From: Methanomassiliicoccales archaeon | GTDB lineage: Archaea; Thermoplasmatota; Thermoplasmata; Methanomassiliicoccales; UBA472 | DNA: 64,000 nucleotides | Assembly (NCBI GenBank): GCA_035404085.1 | Contig: DAONGL010000001.1 | Span: 135,878-199,877, forward strand | Direction of reading: 5' to 3' | Part shown: positions 16,063 to 24,023 of the stretch, in pieces | How positions within the stretch are numbered: the stretch's first letter is position 1 | How the letters are laid out: every line of letters starts with the position of its first letter | Position numbers and translations under genes: made by a program | Notes under the pieces: generated by a model | Told to the model about the DNA's origin: nothing | The model's input: the letters and a program-made list of their open reading frames with translations, nothing else | Database searches by the model: none

Positions 16063-17595
16063 GTGTTCGGCGCGGACCTTCTTCTATTGCTCTATTTCAC
16101 CCTGTTCGGGATGGGTCTGGGGGCGTTGTCCGGACTCGCTCCGGGAATACACGTGAACACCTTGGCCGTGCTGCTGATAATGAGCGTTCCAGCGCTTTCG
16201 CCTTTCCTGGAGGATATATGCGGTTCGGTCGGCTGCTCGCTCCCGCCGGCCCTGTTGCTGTCATGTACCATATTTTCCGCGGCGATATGCCATTCCTTCC
16301 TGGATTACATACCGTCGCTGATCATGGGCGTACCAGATGAAACGGAATGCATGTCCGTCCTGCCGTCCCATAAACTCCTCCTCGAAGGGAAGGGAATGAA
16401 CGCCTTGCAGGCGGCGGCCCAGGGCAGCCTGGTCGGCGCCATGGCCGGAATGATAGTCCTATTGCCGTTGCCGTTCGTTCACCTTCAGGCCACGAGCGTC
16501 CTCAATGCCGTAACTCCGGCCATTCCTTGGTTGCTACTTGCCGTTCCGTTCCTCCTGTTCTGGGCGGAGAGCGGAAAAGCGGATCCCAAGGCGGAGCTGG
16601 ACATGAGGGGCGGGGGTTCCACGCCGGCCGAGATGATATCGCTCAAACGGCACATACCGGTGCACGGGGACTCGGCCAGGGTCATCGGTTCCGTCAATCG
16701 TCATCATGGAAGATGGTACGTCCGGACGCCATTGCAGACCTTCCGCATACGCGGGCGATGGATGGAGGCCGGGGACCAAACGCTGATCGGGAAATGGATA
16801 GTCCGCAAGGACCGCCTTCCGATATCGGGCTGGTCCGTTCTGCTTTTCCTTTGCTCAGGGATCCTCGGCGTCATGGCCATGGACGGGCTGGTCCCCGGCG
16901 AGGACATCTGGAAAGGAATGGAGGGCAACATGCTGATGCCCCTCTTCACCGGTCTCTTCGGGCTCCCTTTGCTGATCGGTTCGTCTCGCGGACGCATGCC
17001 CGAGCAGGATGGAGAGGCGGACGTATCGCCATCCGTGACCGGGGCTCTGAAAGGCTCGTTCATGGGCGGTCTGGTCGGCTGGCTTCCAGGAGTGACGGCC
17101 ACGGCCGGAGCGGTGCTTTCGACCATGCTTCCTCGTTCCCGCGGAGGCCCAGAGGAGTTCATATCGACCGTGTCGGCCGTTGGAACGGGAGCGGCGGTGC
17201 TCGGGTTGGGAACATTATTGCTCATCGGCAAGGGGAGGAGCGGAACGTTGCTAGCGATGCAGGAGGCCATGCCCTCTCTGTCCGTAACGGAAATGCCTTC
17301 CCTGCTGTTGTGCATACTGTTCACATCACTGGTATCATACGTTCTGACCATGCGCCTCGGCCGTAAACTTCTGGTGAAGGCCCAAGGGCGGGACCTAACG
17401 AAATTGAACCAGGGGGCGCTCATCGGAATGATCGTCCTTTCTTTCGTACTGGCCGGCCCCGGCGGTCTGCTTCTATTGACGCTGTCGACGATTCTCGGCA
17501 TGGTACCCGGGAAGATCGGCATCAGCCGAGTGCACCTGACCGGCTGCCTGCTGCTACCAATACTCCTCTACTACTTCGCCCCGTTCCTGCGATAG
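16063..17595 (+). CDS. Polytopic membrane protein, TctA/DUF112-like, with soluble insert
   Basis: 'GALSGLAPGIHVNTLAVLL' and a repeated second half 'GGLVGWLPGVTATAGAVL' resemble DUF112 repeats. A hydrophilic ~90-aa insert lies at aa 169-257. GTG start. Confidence 0.5.
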   Translation: MFGADLLLLLYFTLFGMGLGALSGLAPGIHVNTLAVLLIMSVPALSPFLEDICGSVGCSLPPALLLSCTIFSAAICHSFLDYIPSLIMGVPDETECMSVLPSHKLLLEGKGMNALQAAAQGSLVGAMAGMIVLLPLPFVHLQATSVLNAVTPAIPWLLLAVPFLLFWAESGKADPKAELDMRGGGSTPAEMISLKRHIPVHGDSARVIGSVNRHHGRWYVRTPLQTFRIRGRWMEAGDQTLIGKWIVRKDRLPISGWSVLLFLCSGILGVMAMDGLVPGEDIWKGMEGNMLMPLFTGLFGLPLLIGSSRGRMPEQDGEADVSPSVTGALKGSFMGGLVGWLPGVTATAGAVLSTMLPRSRGGPEEFISTVSAVGTGAAVLGLGTLLLIGKGRSGTLLAMQEAMPSLSVTEMPSLLLCILFTSLVSYVLTMRLGRKLLVKAQGRDLTKLNQGALIGMIVLSFVLAGPGGLLLLTLSTILGMVPGKIGISRVHLTGCLLLPILLYYFAPFLR

Positions 17596-19727
17596 AAATC
17601 TCGTAGACGGTCCTGGCCCAGCTCGAACGGCGACAGCAGCTCGCCCGCCGTGCGGAACAGAAGCTCCTCGTACCGCCCGATGTCGTACTCCTCGTCCCCT
17701 TCCAGGAACTGGGCCACCTTGACCTCCTTGCCCTTGATCATGATGAACTCCACGGCCTCGCCGGGCGGCGTGCGGAAGCCCTGGTCCTCCAGCTGGGCGA
17801 GCGCCCGGAACTGGTCGTTCTTCTGCCGGTAGTCGTTCAGCTCCCTGGTTATTCGTTTGGATAGCACCAGCTTCTCCAGCGGCACCTCCATGTTCCTCAG
17901 GTTCCGTATGAACGAATCCAGGACGTCCAACGCTTCCGGTATGCGATGACGGAAGCCCTCAGCGTCCTCGCCAAGCACCAATCGATCTAGCATGCCCTGC
18001 TGCAGCTCCCTGGCTAGCGTACAGGTGTCCCTTCTGCGCAGAGCTATGCCGCGAACCTTCAGCTCCCCGTCCTGAAAAGCTCCATAGTAACGGTTCAAGG
18101 CGCCCGCCCCGTTGGTCAGGTTCGGCAGGAACACGATCCACTTGTACTCCCCGTCCCAGACCAGCGGTATGCCCATGCGCTGCCCTATCTCCCGGCAGTA
18201 GGCCTCGATGTCTCCGTTCCCGGAAAGCCACAAGGAGTCCACGATGCCATGCAGCACGCGGAAGCCGCGGTTCTCGGCCACCTCCGCCGATTTGAGCAGT
18301 ATCTCCCGGCCATGAGCGGTGATCGATTCGTGGCACTCGATCCGTCCGAAGCGGGCGTTTCGATAGCCAGTATAGCCGAAGCAGGTCACCAGCACCCACT
18401 TGAGCACCTTGGCCTGCTGATCATAGATGGCGCTCCGTCGCCCGCCCTCCTTCTTCAGGCGCTTGAGCGATATTCGTCGGCGCACGATCGGCTCCAGGAC
18501 GCGACCTAGCAATCCCTTGCGCTTGGAGCAGGTCCAGTAACCTAGTCCTGGCACGGGTTCCCCGCTGTCCTGGCAGCAATCGCAGTTGAGCGTCTCCGGA
18601 GATATGTTGTGGCGGACCATGATGCTCGGGTAGAGCGAGGTGAAGTCCACCTCCTGGATGTGTTCATGAAGCCCCACCTTCGGTTCGTATATGAGTCCTC
18701 CGCGATCGCAGGCCACCAGCTCAGCGGCGGTCTTGAAATCCTCCGGCAGGTTCTTCTTCCACATCACCAGCGAGCCCATCTTGCTGGCCTCGTTCACCTG
18801 CATGGCGCTGATGGCGCTTCCCGGGGACATGCGGGCCATGTCCTGCGGTGATATGCGCGACAGGCGACTAAGGTCGATCAGTCCGGCCATCTTCCCCTCT
18901 TGAAAGATGAACGATGATCCTTTGTCCAGATGAATTCGCCCGCGCAGCTTGTAAGCCGGCGGTTTGTAAAGAATGCGTCCATAAGTGAAGTAGCTCTTCG
19001 CCTTCCCGCGGCGCTTTCCTCCTTCCCGTCCGAGCTCCAGCTCCATCTCGTTGCGCTCGGCGCACTTCTCCAGGAACGGAAGATGAAAGCTATCGCCTCC
19101 GTCAGTTACCAGCACGTCCGGGTCTTTTTCGCGCAAAGCCTGCTGCAATAGTTCCAGAATGTCCGCTTCCTTGCCCTCCATGACGATATCGTCGAGAGTG
19201 GCCCGCTTCAGGTGGTCCTCCATGGTCGGCATTCCCCGGCGGACGGAGGTTTCCAACGTAAGCTCGCAGGTGCGCAGCTCCGGCATCGGATAGTCCAATC
19301 GGAACGGGGTGTCCAGGTTCTTCCAGCGATCCACGTCCATAAGTCCCATCGGGAACACCTTGCGGTGCAGGAAGTAGCGGGTGTCCATTCGCGTATCGAC
19401 GTTGAAGAGCGTGTGGTCGCGGTGGCATCCCCACTTGTCTATCGTCTTCGCCAAGGGCATCAGGTTGCGGTATCCGCGTGGGGAAACCTTCAGCACGTCC
19501 TCCAAAGGTCCGGTCAGCCAGGTGCGGTGCTTCTCCCAGCGATGCTCCACGCCCGCCTCCTTAAGACCGAGCAGCAGGTCCTGTCTACGCTCCGAGGATG
19601 GTTTCACGTAAAAGCACGGGCGATACTCTCTGTCGGTTATTCGCTCCATTCCCGTGGACGTCTTGATCCAGGTCACCATCTCGTTGTTGACCTCGTCCGC
19701 GTAGCAGTCCAGGATCCATCCGCGCAT
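17571..19727 (-). CDS. Family B DNA polymerase, PolB2-like (divergent catalytic and exonuclease motifs)
   Basis: Motif A 'EVDFTSLYPSIM' is intact. Motif B reads 'KWVLVTCFGYTGY' and motif C region reads 'VLHGIVDSLW'. Exo I/II regions read 'CELTLETS' / 'GGDSFHLPFL'. Start at MRGWILD lies 4 nt after the upstream gene's stop. Confidence 0.8.
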   Translation of the reverse strand: MRGWILDCYADEVNNEMVTWIKTSTGMERITDREYRPCFYVKPSSERRQDLLLGLKEAGVEHRWEKHRTWLTGPLEDVLKVSPRGYRNLMPLAKTIDKWGCHRDHTLFNVDTRMDTRYFLHRKVFPMGLMDVDRWKNLDTPFRLDYPMPELRTCELTLETSVRRGMPTMEDHLKRATLDDIVMEGKEADILELLQQALREKDPDVLVTDGGDSFHLPFLEKCAERNEMELELGREGGKRRGKAKSYFTYGRILYKPPAYKLRGRIHLDKGSSFIFQEGKMAGLIDLSRLSRISPQDMARMSPGSAISAMQVNEASKMGSLVMWKKNLPEDFKTAAELVACDRGGLIYEPKVGLHEHIQEVDFTSLYPSIMVRHNISPETLNCDCCQDSGEPVPGLGYWTCSKRKGLLGRVLEPIVRRRISLKRLKKEGGRRSAIYDQQAKVLKWVLVTCFGYTGYRNARFGRIECHESITAHGREILLKSAEVAENRGFRVLHGIVDSLWLSGNGDIEAYCREIGQRMGIPLVWDGEYKWIVFLPNLTNGAGALNRYYGAFQDGELKVRGIALRRRDTCTLARELQQGMLDRLVLGEDAEGFRHRIPEALDVLDSFIRNLRNMEVPLEKLVLSKRITRELNDYRQKNDQFRALAQLEDQGFRTPPGEAVEFIMIKGKEVKVAQFLEGDEEYDIGRYEELLFRTAGELLSPFELGQDRLRDFYRRNGAK

Positions 19728-19731
19728 TCGA

Positions 19732-19971
19732 TCAGGCCTTCTTGCGCAGACGTTCCAGCTCCTTCTCCTGCTCCAGGAGTATGGATAGCAGCGCTCCTTC
19801 CAAAGGATCGAGGAAGGCGGCAATGGAACAAGCGGAGGCGTGCAGCCGGACCTTATCGGAAAGGCGGTCGAACGCCGCGCGGTCCTCCTGCGAAAGGGCG
19901 CGCCGGAAATCGCTCCAGCTCTGGAAGAGGGTTTCCGAGGCCATGCGGTACGTTGGAACGGTCCTTCCCAT
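19732..19971 (-). CDS. Small helical hypothetical protein (79 aa)
   Basis: Its ATG overlaps the stop of the upstream RadB-like gene (TGATG), and its stop lies 4 nt before the PolB start. Codon bias is coding-like. I recognise no family. Confidence 0.5.
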   Translation of the reverse strand: MGRTVPTYRMASETLFQSWSDFRRALSQEDRAAFDRLSDKVRLHASACSIAAFLDPLEGALLSILLEQEKELERLRKKA

Positions 19972-20708
19972 CAGAACCGCCTCCGGTACTCGTCCAAGGT
20001 GGTCTGGTTCGGCGGTACCGGCCGGTACATGATCTCCTTCTCTTCCCTAGGTAATGATATGCGTACGTAGCCGGAGCGGTGCTCCACGCTGACCACCCTG
20101 TCGACCTTCTCATAGAAGAGGGAGCGCAGCCCCTTGCGGTACATCAGCTTCGCTAAACCGTAATTGGTCACCACGCTCACCGTGCGGTGCTTTTCGGTAA
20201 GGGAGCGCAGCTTGCCCATGCCCCTCTCCATTAGCTTAAGTGACTCCTCCCAGTCCATGTCCGCGTCCTGGAAAAGGTCCGGGTAGCAGGACACCACGAC
20301 CATGCCGCCCTTGTTACGTACCAGCTCGTCCTCCAGAGACTCCTCGACCAAGGTGGACATCTGGTAGGCGGTGAAGGCCCGGGACACGTTGATGCTGTTC
20401 AGCACCTCCTCCGGGCGCAGCCGGAAGCGTTTGCACACGTACGTGAGATCATACGGATTGACGGAGTTCCCGCCGTCCACCCAGACCACGTCGCGATGCC
20501 ATTCGCGGACGAAGTTCACGCTCAGCATGTTGACCAAGTTGAACAATAATTTGTCAGAACTGTCGATGGTGGTGACCGTTCCCGGTTCCAATCCGCCGAG
20601 CAGTTCGTCCACCGGAGGTATGGCGGTGGTGGCCAGCATTCCATCTGTCACGGAATGCAGGTCGTGGACCAGTGGTTCGGTCACCATCTCGGGCATGGAA
20701 CGGTACAT
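19971..20708 (-). CDS. RadB/RadA-paralog-like protein with degenerate Walker A and B
   Basis: 'VDELLGGLEPGTVTTIDSSDKLLFNL' has the RadA/RadB entry motif but no GxxGxGKT. 'VVWVDGGNSVNPYDL' and 'INVSRAFTAYQ' are Rad-like. 'MVVVSCYPDLF' sits in the Walker B position. Confidence 0.65.
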   Translation of the reverse strand: MYRSMPEMVTEPLVHDLHSVTDGMLATTAIPPVDELLGGLEPGTVTTIDSSDKLLFNLVNMLSVNFVREWHRDVVWVDGGNSVNPYDLTYVCKRFRLRPEEVLNSINVSRAFTAYQMSTLVEESLEDELVRNKGGMVVVSCYPDLFQDADMDWEESLKLMERGMGKLRSLTEKHRTVSVVTNYGLAKLMYRKGLRSLFYEKVDRVVSVEHRSGYVRISLPREEKEIMYRPVPPNQTTLDEYRRRF

Positions 20709-20738
20709 CTGCTAACCGCACCAACTTCGCCTTGAGGG

Positions 20739-20745
20739 TATAAAG
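20739..20745. promoter_or_regulatory. Shared TATA-like element between the divergent RadB-like/PolB2 operon and the beta-CASP nuclease gene
   Basis: 'GTATAAAGG' reads as TATA-like on both strands. It lies ~34 nt from the minus-strand ATG (20708) and ~55 nt from the plus-strand ATG (20800). Confidence 0.3.
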
Positions 20746-20799
20746 GACTGATAGGGGGAGGTGGGTGAAAATGGGAAATAACATAATTTTCAAGGGAGC

Positions 20800-21888
20800 A
20801 TGCATGAAAAGGCGATGGCACATTCGAAGACCACTTCGTTACGAGTAAATAGCCGAGGCGGCATTCTACGGCCGATGGATAGGGATGGGCCTTCCGTTCA
20901 ATTAGGCAATGGCATCGAGGTCGCCTGCGGCGACACCAGGTTCTTCCTCGATCCGCGCAGGGTGTCCACAGAGGGCATATGCTGCATCTCCCACGCCCAC
21001 TCCGACCACATGCCATCAAGCTTTGCCAATGGTCCGATACACTGCTCTGACATCACCCTGCGCTGCATGCGCGGGCGAGTGAAGAGCAAGAAGTCAAAAA
21101 CTTTCCTGGAAGGCGTTGAATTGGGGAACGATCCACTGGTCAAGGCCAGCGGGGCCGGGCATATACTCGGTTCCAACATGTTCCTGCTGGACGCCGGCCA
21201 GAAGGTCCTGTACACCGGGGACTTCTGCCCGCAGGACCGCCTGGACATCGAGGGCGCCAGGCCACAGAAGTGCGACGTGCTCATCGTCGAGGCCACTTAC
21301 GGAAATCCTCGCTACAGGTTCCCGGACCGCCGGGAGATGATCAAGGTCATACACGACTGGGTGGGTGACATGATAAATCAGGGGTACTCGGCCGTGCTGC
21401 ACGCATATCCGCTAGGCAAGTCCCAGGAGCTCATCACCATGCTCAAGGATTTCCAGCCCCGCCTGCACGGTTCGGTGCTCGACACCACCCGACTGCTCGA
21501 ATCGGACGACCTCAAGTTCGATTACGTTCCCTTCGATCCCATGGATAGCGAGCCGCAGCTGGTCATAAGCCCAGGGGCATGGGGCGAGAACGGTCTGAGC
21601 ATGTTGAAGAAGAAGCGTTCCGCAGACGTTTCCGGCTGGTGCCTGGACAACGGAGGCCGGTCCATGGGCAAGATGAGCTGGGGCATGGACCAAGGTTTCG
21701 CTTACTCCGATCACGCCGATTTCTACGAGATAATCGATTTCGTTGAGAAATGCTCTCCCTCTCTCGTATACACGAACCACGGCTCCGAGGACATGTTAGC
21801 GCAGGAGATCCAGAAGAGGCTTGGCATAACCGCCATCCCATTGAAGAAAGAGAAGAAAGGTCAGACCAATCTGGGATGCTATTGCTGA
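20800..21888 (+). CDS. beta-CASP family metallo-beta-lactamase-fold nuclease (short SNM1 / ligase-associated-exonuclease-like form)
   Basis: 'ISHAHSDHMPS' (HxHxDH), 'AGHILGS', 'YTGDF', 'VEATYG', and 'YSDHADFYEIIDFVEKCSPSLVYTNHGS'. The true start could be MDRDG at 20875. Confidence 0.7.
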   Translation: MHEKAMAHSKTTSLRVNSRGGILRPMDRDGPSVQLGNGIEVACGDTRFFLDPRRVSTEGICCISHAHSDHMPSSFANGPIHCSDITLRCMRGRVKSKKSKTFLEGVELGNDPLVKASGAGHILGSNMFLLDAGQKVLYTGDFCPQDRLDIEGARPQKCDVLIVEATYGNPRYRFPDRREMIKVIHDWVGDMINQGYSAVLHAYPLGKSQELITMLKDFQPRLHGSVLDTTRLLESDDLKFDYVPFDPMDSEPQLVISPGAWGENGLSMLKKKRSADVSGWCLDNGGRSMGKMSWGMDQGFAYSDHADFYEIIDFVEKCSPSLVYTNHGSEDMLAQEIQKRLGITAIPLKKEKKGQTNLGCYC

Positions 21889-22835
21889 GCGCCCCACATT
21901 CTCGGGTAGGTCCCTTCGGGCATGAACACCCGGACGGTCTTGACGGCCTTACCCTTGTAAGCTTTGTACATGTCCCGGGCGGACATGTTTGCCGTCCCTA
22001 ATCCCAACGCCTCGCCCTTCACGGTGAACATGGCCACCGGAGATCCTTTCTCCACGTTCTCGTCCAAGGATACCACACCGGGGGCGTTGAGGTCCGCGCC
22101 GTGCGCTATAGCGTCCACGGCATGATCTTTGACGATGACCTTAGGTAAAGGCTCCAAGAGCGCCTCCATGGGCCTTATCATGGTCCGCAACCACTTCTCG
22201 TCGCCGTTCTTCCAATCCACCACGGCGTCCTTGAGGTCCTGCATCGTTACGGCATCAAGCTCGGTCATCGCGCCGGAGCGCGTGCGTCTCAACGCCCTCA
22301 TGTTAGCCCCCACGCCCAATGCGTCGCCGATGTCCACGCATAGCGTCCGGATGTACGTCCCGGCGTCGCAGTCTACCTTGAACAGCACGTCCCGGCCGGA
22401 TATCTCCAGGATATCGATGGAATGGACCTTGCGTATGCGCATGGCGACCTTGACCGCCGAGCGCACCGGGGGCGTTTGATAAATGGAACCGACGAACGTC
22501 TCGATGACCGAACGTACTTTCTCCTCGGCCACTGGCCGATGCAGGTACAGGTGGCAGACGTACTGCTTGTTGGAACGGAGGACCAGGTCGGTCATTCGTA
22601 TCGCTTTACCCAACGCTATCGGCAGGACGCCGCTGACGTTCGGATCTAGCGTACCGCCGTGCCCGATCTTCTCTACGCCCAGGATGTCCCGTACCCACGC
22701 CGTGACCTGATGAGAGGTCGGTCCTTGGACCTTATCTAAAACTATGACACCGCCGTCCAGCAGCTCCTGGATGGAGCGGTCCTCGGGGCGTTTTCCCCTT
22801 TCCACCACTCTGGGATCTTTGTCCCGGACCAGCAT
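21879..22835 (-). CDS. cbf5: tRNA/rRNA pseudouridine synthase Cbf5 (H/ACA RNP catalytic subunit)
   Basis: 'GHGGTLDPNVSGVLPIALG' is the TruB catalytic motif. A C-terminal PUA-like region is present. Confidence 0.92.
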   Translation of the reverse strand: MLVRDKDPRVVERGKRPEDRSIQELLDGGVIVLDKVQGPTSHQVTAWVRDILGVEKIGHGGTLDPNVSGVLPIALGKAIRMTDLVLRSNKQYVCHLYLHRPVAEEKVRSVIETFVGSIYQTPPVRSAVKVAMRIRKVHSIDILEISGRDVLFKVDCDAGTYIRTLCVDIGDALGVGANMRALRRTRSGAMTELDAVTMQDLKDAVVDWKNGDEKWLRTMIRPMEALLEPLPKVIVKDHAVDAIAHGADLNAPGVVSLDENVEKGSPVAMFTVKGEALGLGTANMSARDMYKAYKGKAVKTVRVFMPEGTYPRMWGAQQ

Positions 22836-22836
22836 C

Positions 22837-23367
22837 TCAAACGCTCCTTATCCGGGAGACGATCGACTCGACCACCTGCTCTGGCGTCAGCGAACCGGTG
22901 TCGATGACCATGTCGTAGATGGAGCGGTCGGTCACGTCGATGTCATAGAACTTGCGGTACCTTAGCACTTCGCTCGCCTCGCGGGAACACATCTCGTCCA
23001 TGGCCGCCCTCATGTCCACGCCCTCCCGTCCGGATACGCGCTCCACGCGCACTTCCAGAGGGGCGTCCAAAAATATGCAGAAGGCGGGAATGAAATTGCG
23101 GCGGAGCATCTGTCCGGCCAGGCGACCTTCGAGAATGACGTTGTCCTCGCTCTTAGCGACGTCCAGCAATCGTTGGTCGATCAGCCTGTCGTACTTGGGG
23201 TCCTGCTCGGCCAGATCTCCGAACTCTTCCAGTGACATGCCAAGCTCTTTGGCCATCTCCCTGAACACAAGTCCGGAGATGACCGTGCGGTAGCCAAGCA
23301 TGTCGCCTAGCATGCGGCACACCGTGGTCTTACCGCTGCCGATCATTCCGCTTATGGTGATCCTCAT
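22837..23367 (-). CDS. cmk: Cytidylate kinase (archaeal type)
   Basis: 'MRITISGMIGSGKTTV' P-loop, 176 aa, in the conserved position next to cbf5. Confidence 0.85.
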   Translation of the reverse strand: MRITISGMIGSGKTTVCRMLGDMLGYRTVISGLVFREMAKELGMSLEEFGDLAEQDPKYDRLIDQRLLDVAKSEDNVILEGRLAGQMLRRNFIPAFCIFLDAPLEVRVERVSGREGVDMRAAMDEMCSREASEVLRYRKFYDIDVTDRSIYDMVIDTGSLTPEQVVESIVSRIRSV

Positions 23368-24017
23368 TGCCCTTCAGCCTTCAATACGTTCAACCGCTTC
23401 TTGAAGGTGTAATACCTCAGACCCCTAGAAAGCAATTGCCCGAACGGGACGCTGATCAGGGAGTACAGCAACACCCAGGCCGGAAGCACGTATGACTTGT
23501 TCAGGTCGGCGAAGTTGGACCAGGGCACGGTTATGACCGCGCTGTCCAAATTGCCGACGAACACCGCCAACCAAGCGAATATCGGTATGACGATGAGCAT
23601 GGTCACCGGCATCAGCTTCATCTGGGAGGTGGTCTGCTTCATGGACTCCTCCATCATCTTGGGCTGCAGTTCCATCATCTTCTTCAGCTTGTAGGTGTTG
23701 TTCTCCTTGCGTGCGGCGGACATCTCCTTGTTGAAGGCGCTCATTATCTTCTGGCTTCGGGTCTGCTTCACGTAGTCGGTGAAGAAGTGCCTCACCACGA
23801 TGCTCAGGGTGGTCATGAACGCGCCGGTTATGAAGAGAGATACGACCGGGATGGAGCCGTCGAAGCCCCAGAGGGGCTCCAGGCCGTATCCGACGATCTT
23901 ACCTAGTGCGGTCCTAAGGTCTCTATCGAACATCACGAAGATGGCCATGATGAAGACGAAGATCAGCAGCATCCTGCTGGTCGTCGACTTGCGGTCCGTA
24001 GCCGGGAGTTCAGCCAT
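23364..24017 (-). CDS. DUF106 / EMC3-TMCO1-like membrane protein (archaeal YidC/Oxa1-superfamily candidate)
   Basis: Three hydrophobic helices plus a Met/Lys-rich amphipathic region, 'KKMMELQPKMMEESMKQTTSQMKLMP'. It sits in the conserved slot between secY and cmk. Confidence 0.7.
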   Translation of the reverse strand: MAELPATDRKSTTSRMLLIFVFIMAIFVMFDRDLRTALGKIVGYGLEPLWGFDGSIPVVSLFITGAFMTTLSIVVRHFFTDYVKQTRSQKIMSAFNKEMSAARKENNTYKLKKMMELQPKMMEESMKQTTSQMKLMPVTMLIVIPIFAWLAVFVGNLDSAVITVPWSNFADLNKSYVLPAWVLLYSLISVPFGQLLSRGLRYYTFKKRLNVLKAEGQ

Positions 24018-24023
24018 CCTTCA

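Noticed and set aside
16527-17522. 279-aa plus-strand and 272-aa minus-strand ORFs overlapping the TctA-like gene
   Set aside because: They are alternate-frame or antisense ORFs rich in R/G/P/S. The 510-aa frame gives a coherent polytopic membrane protein.
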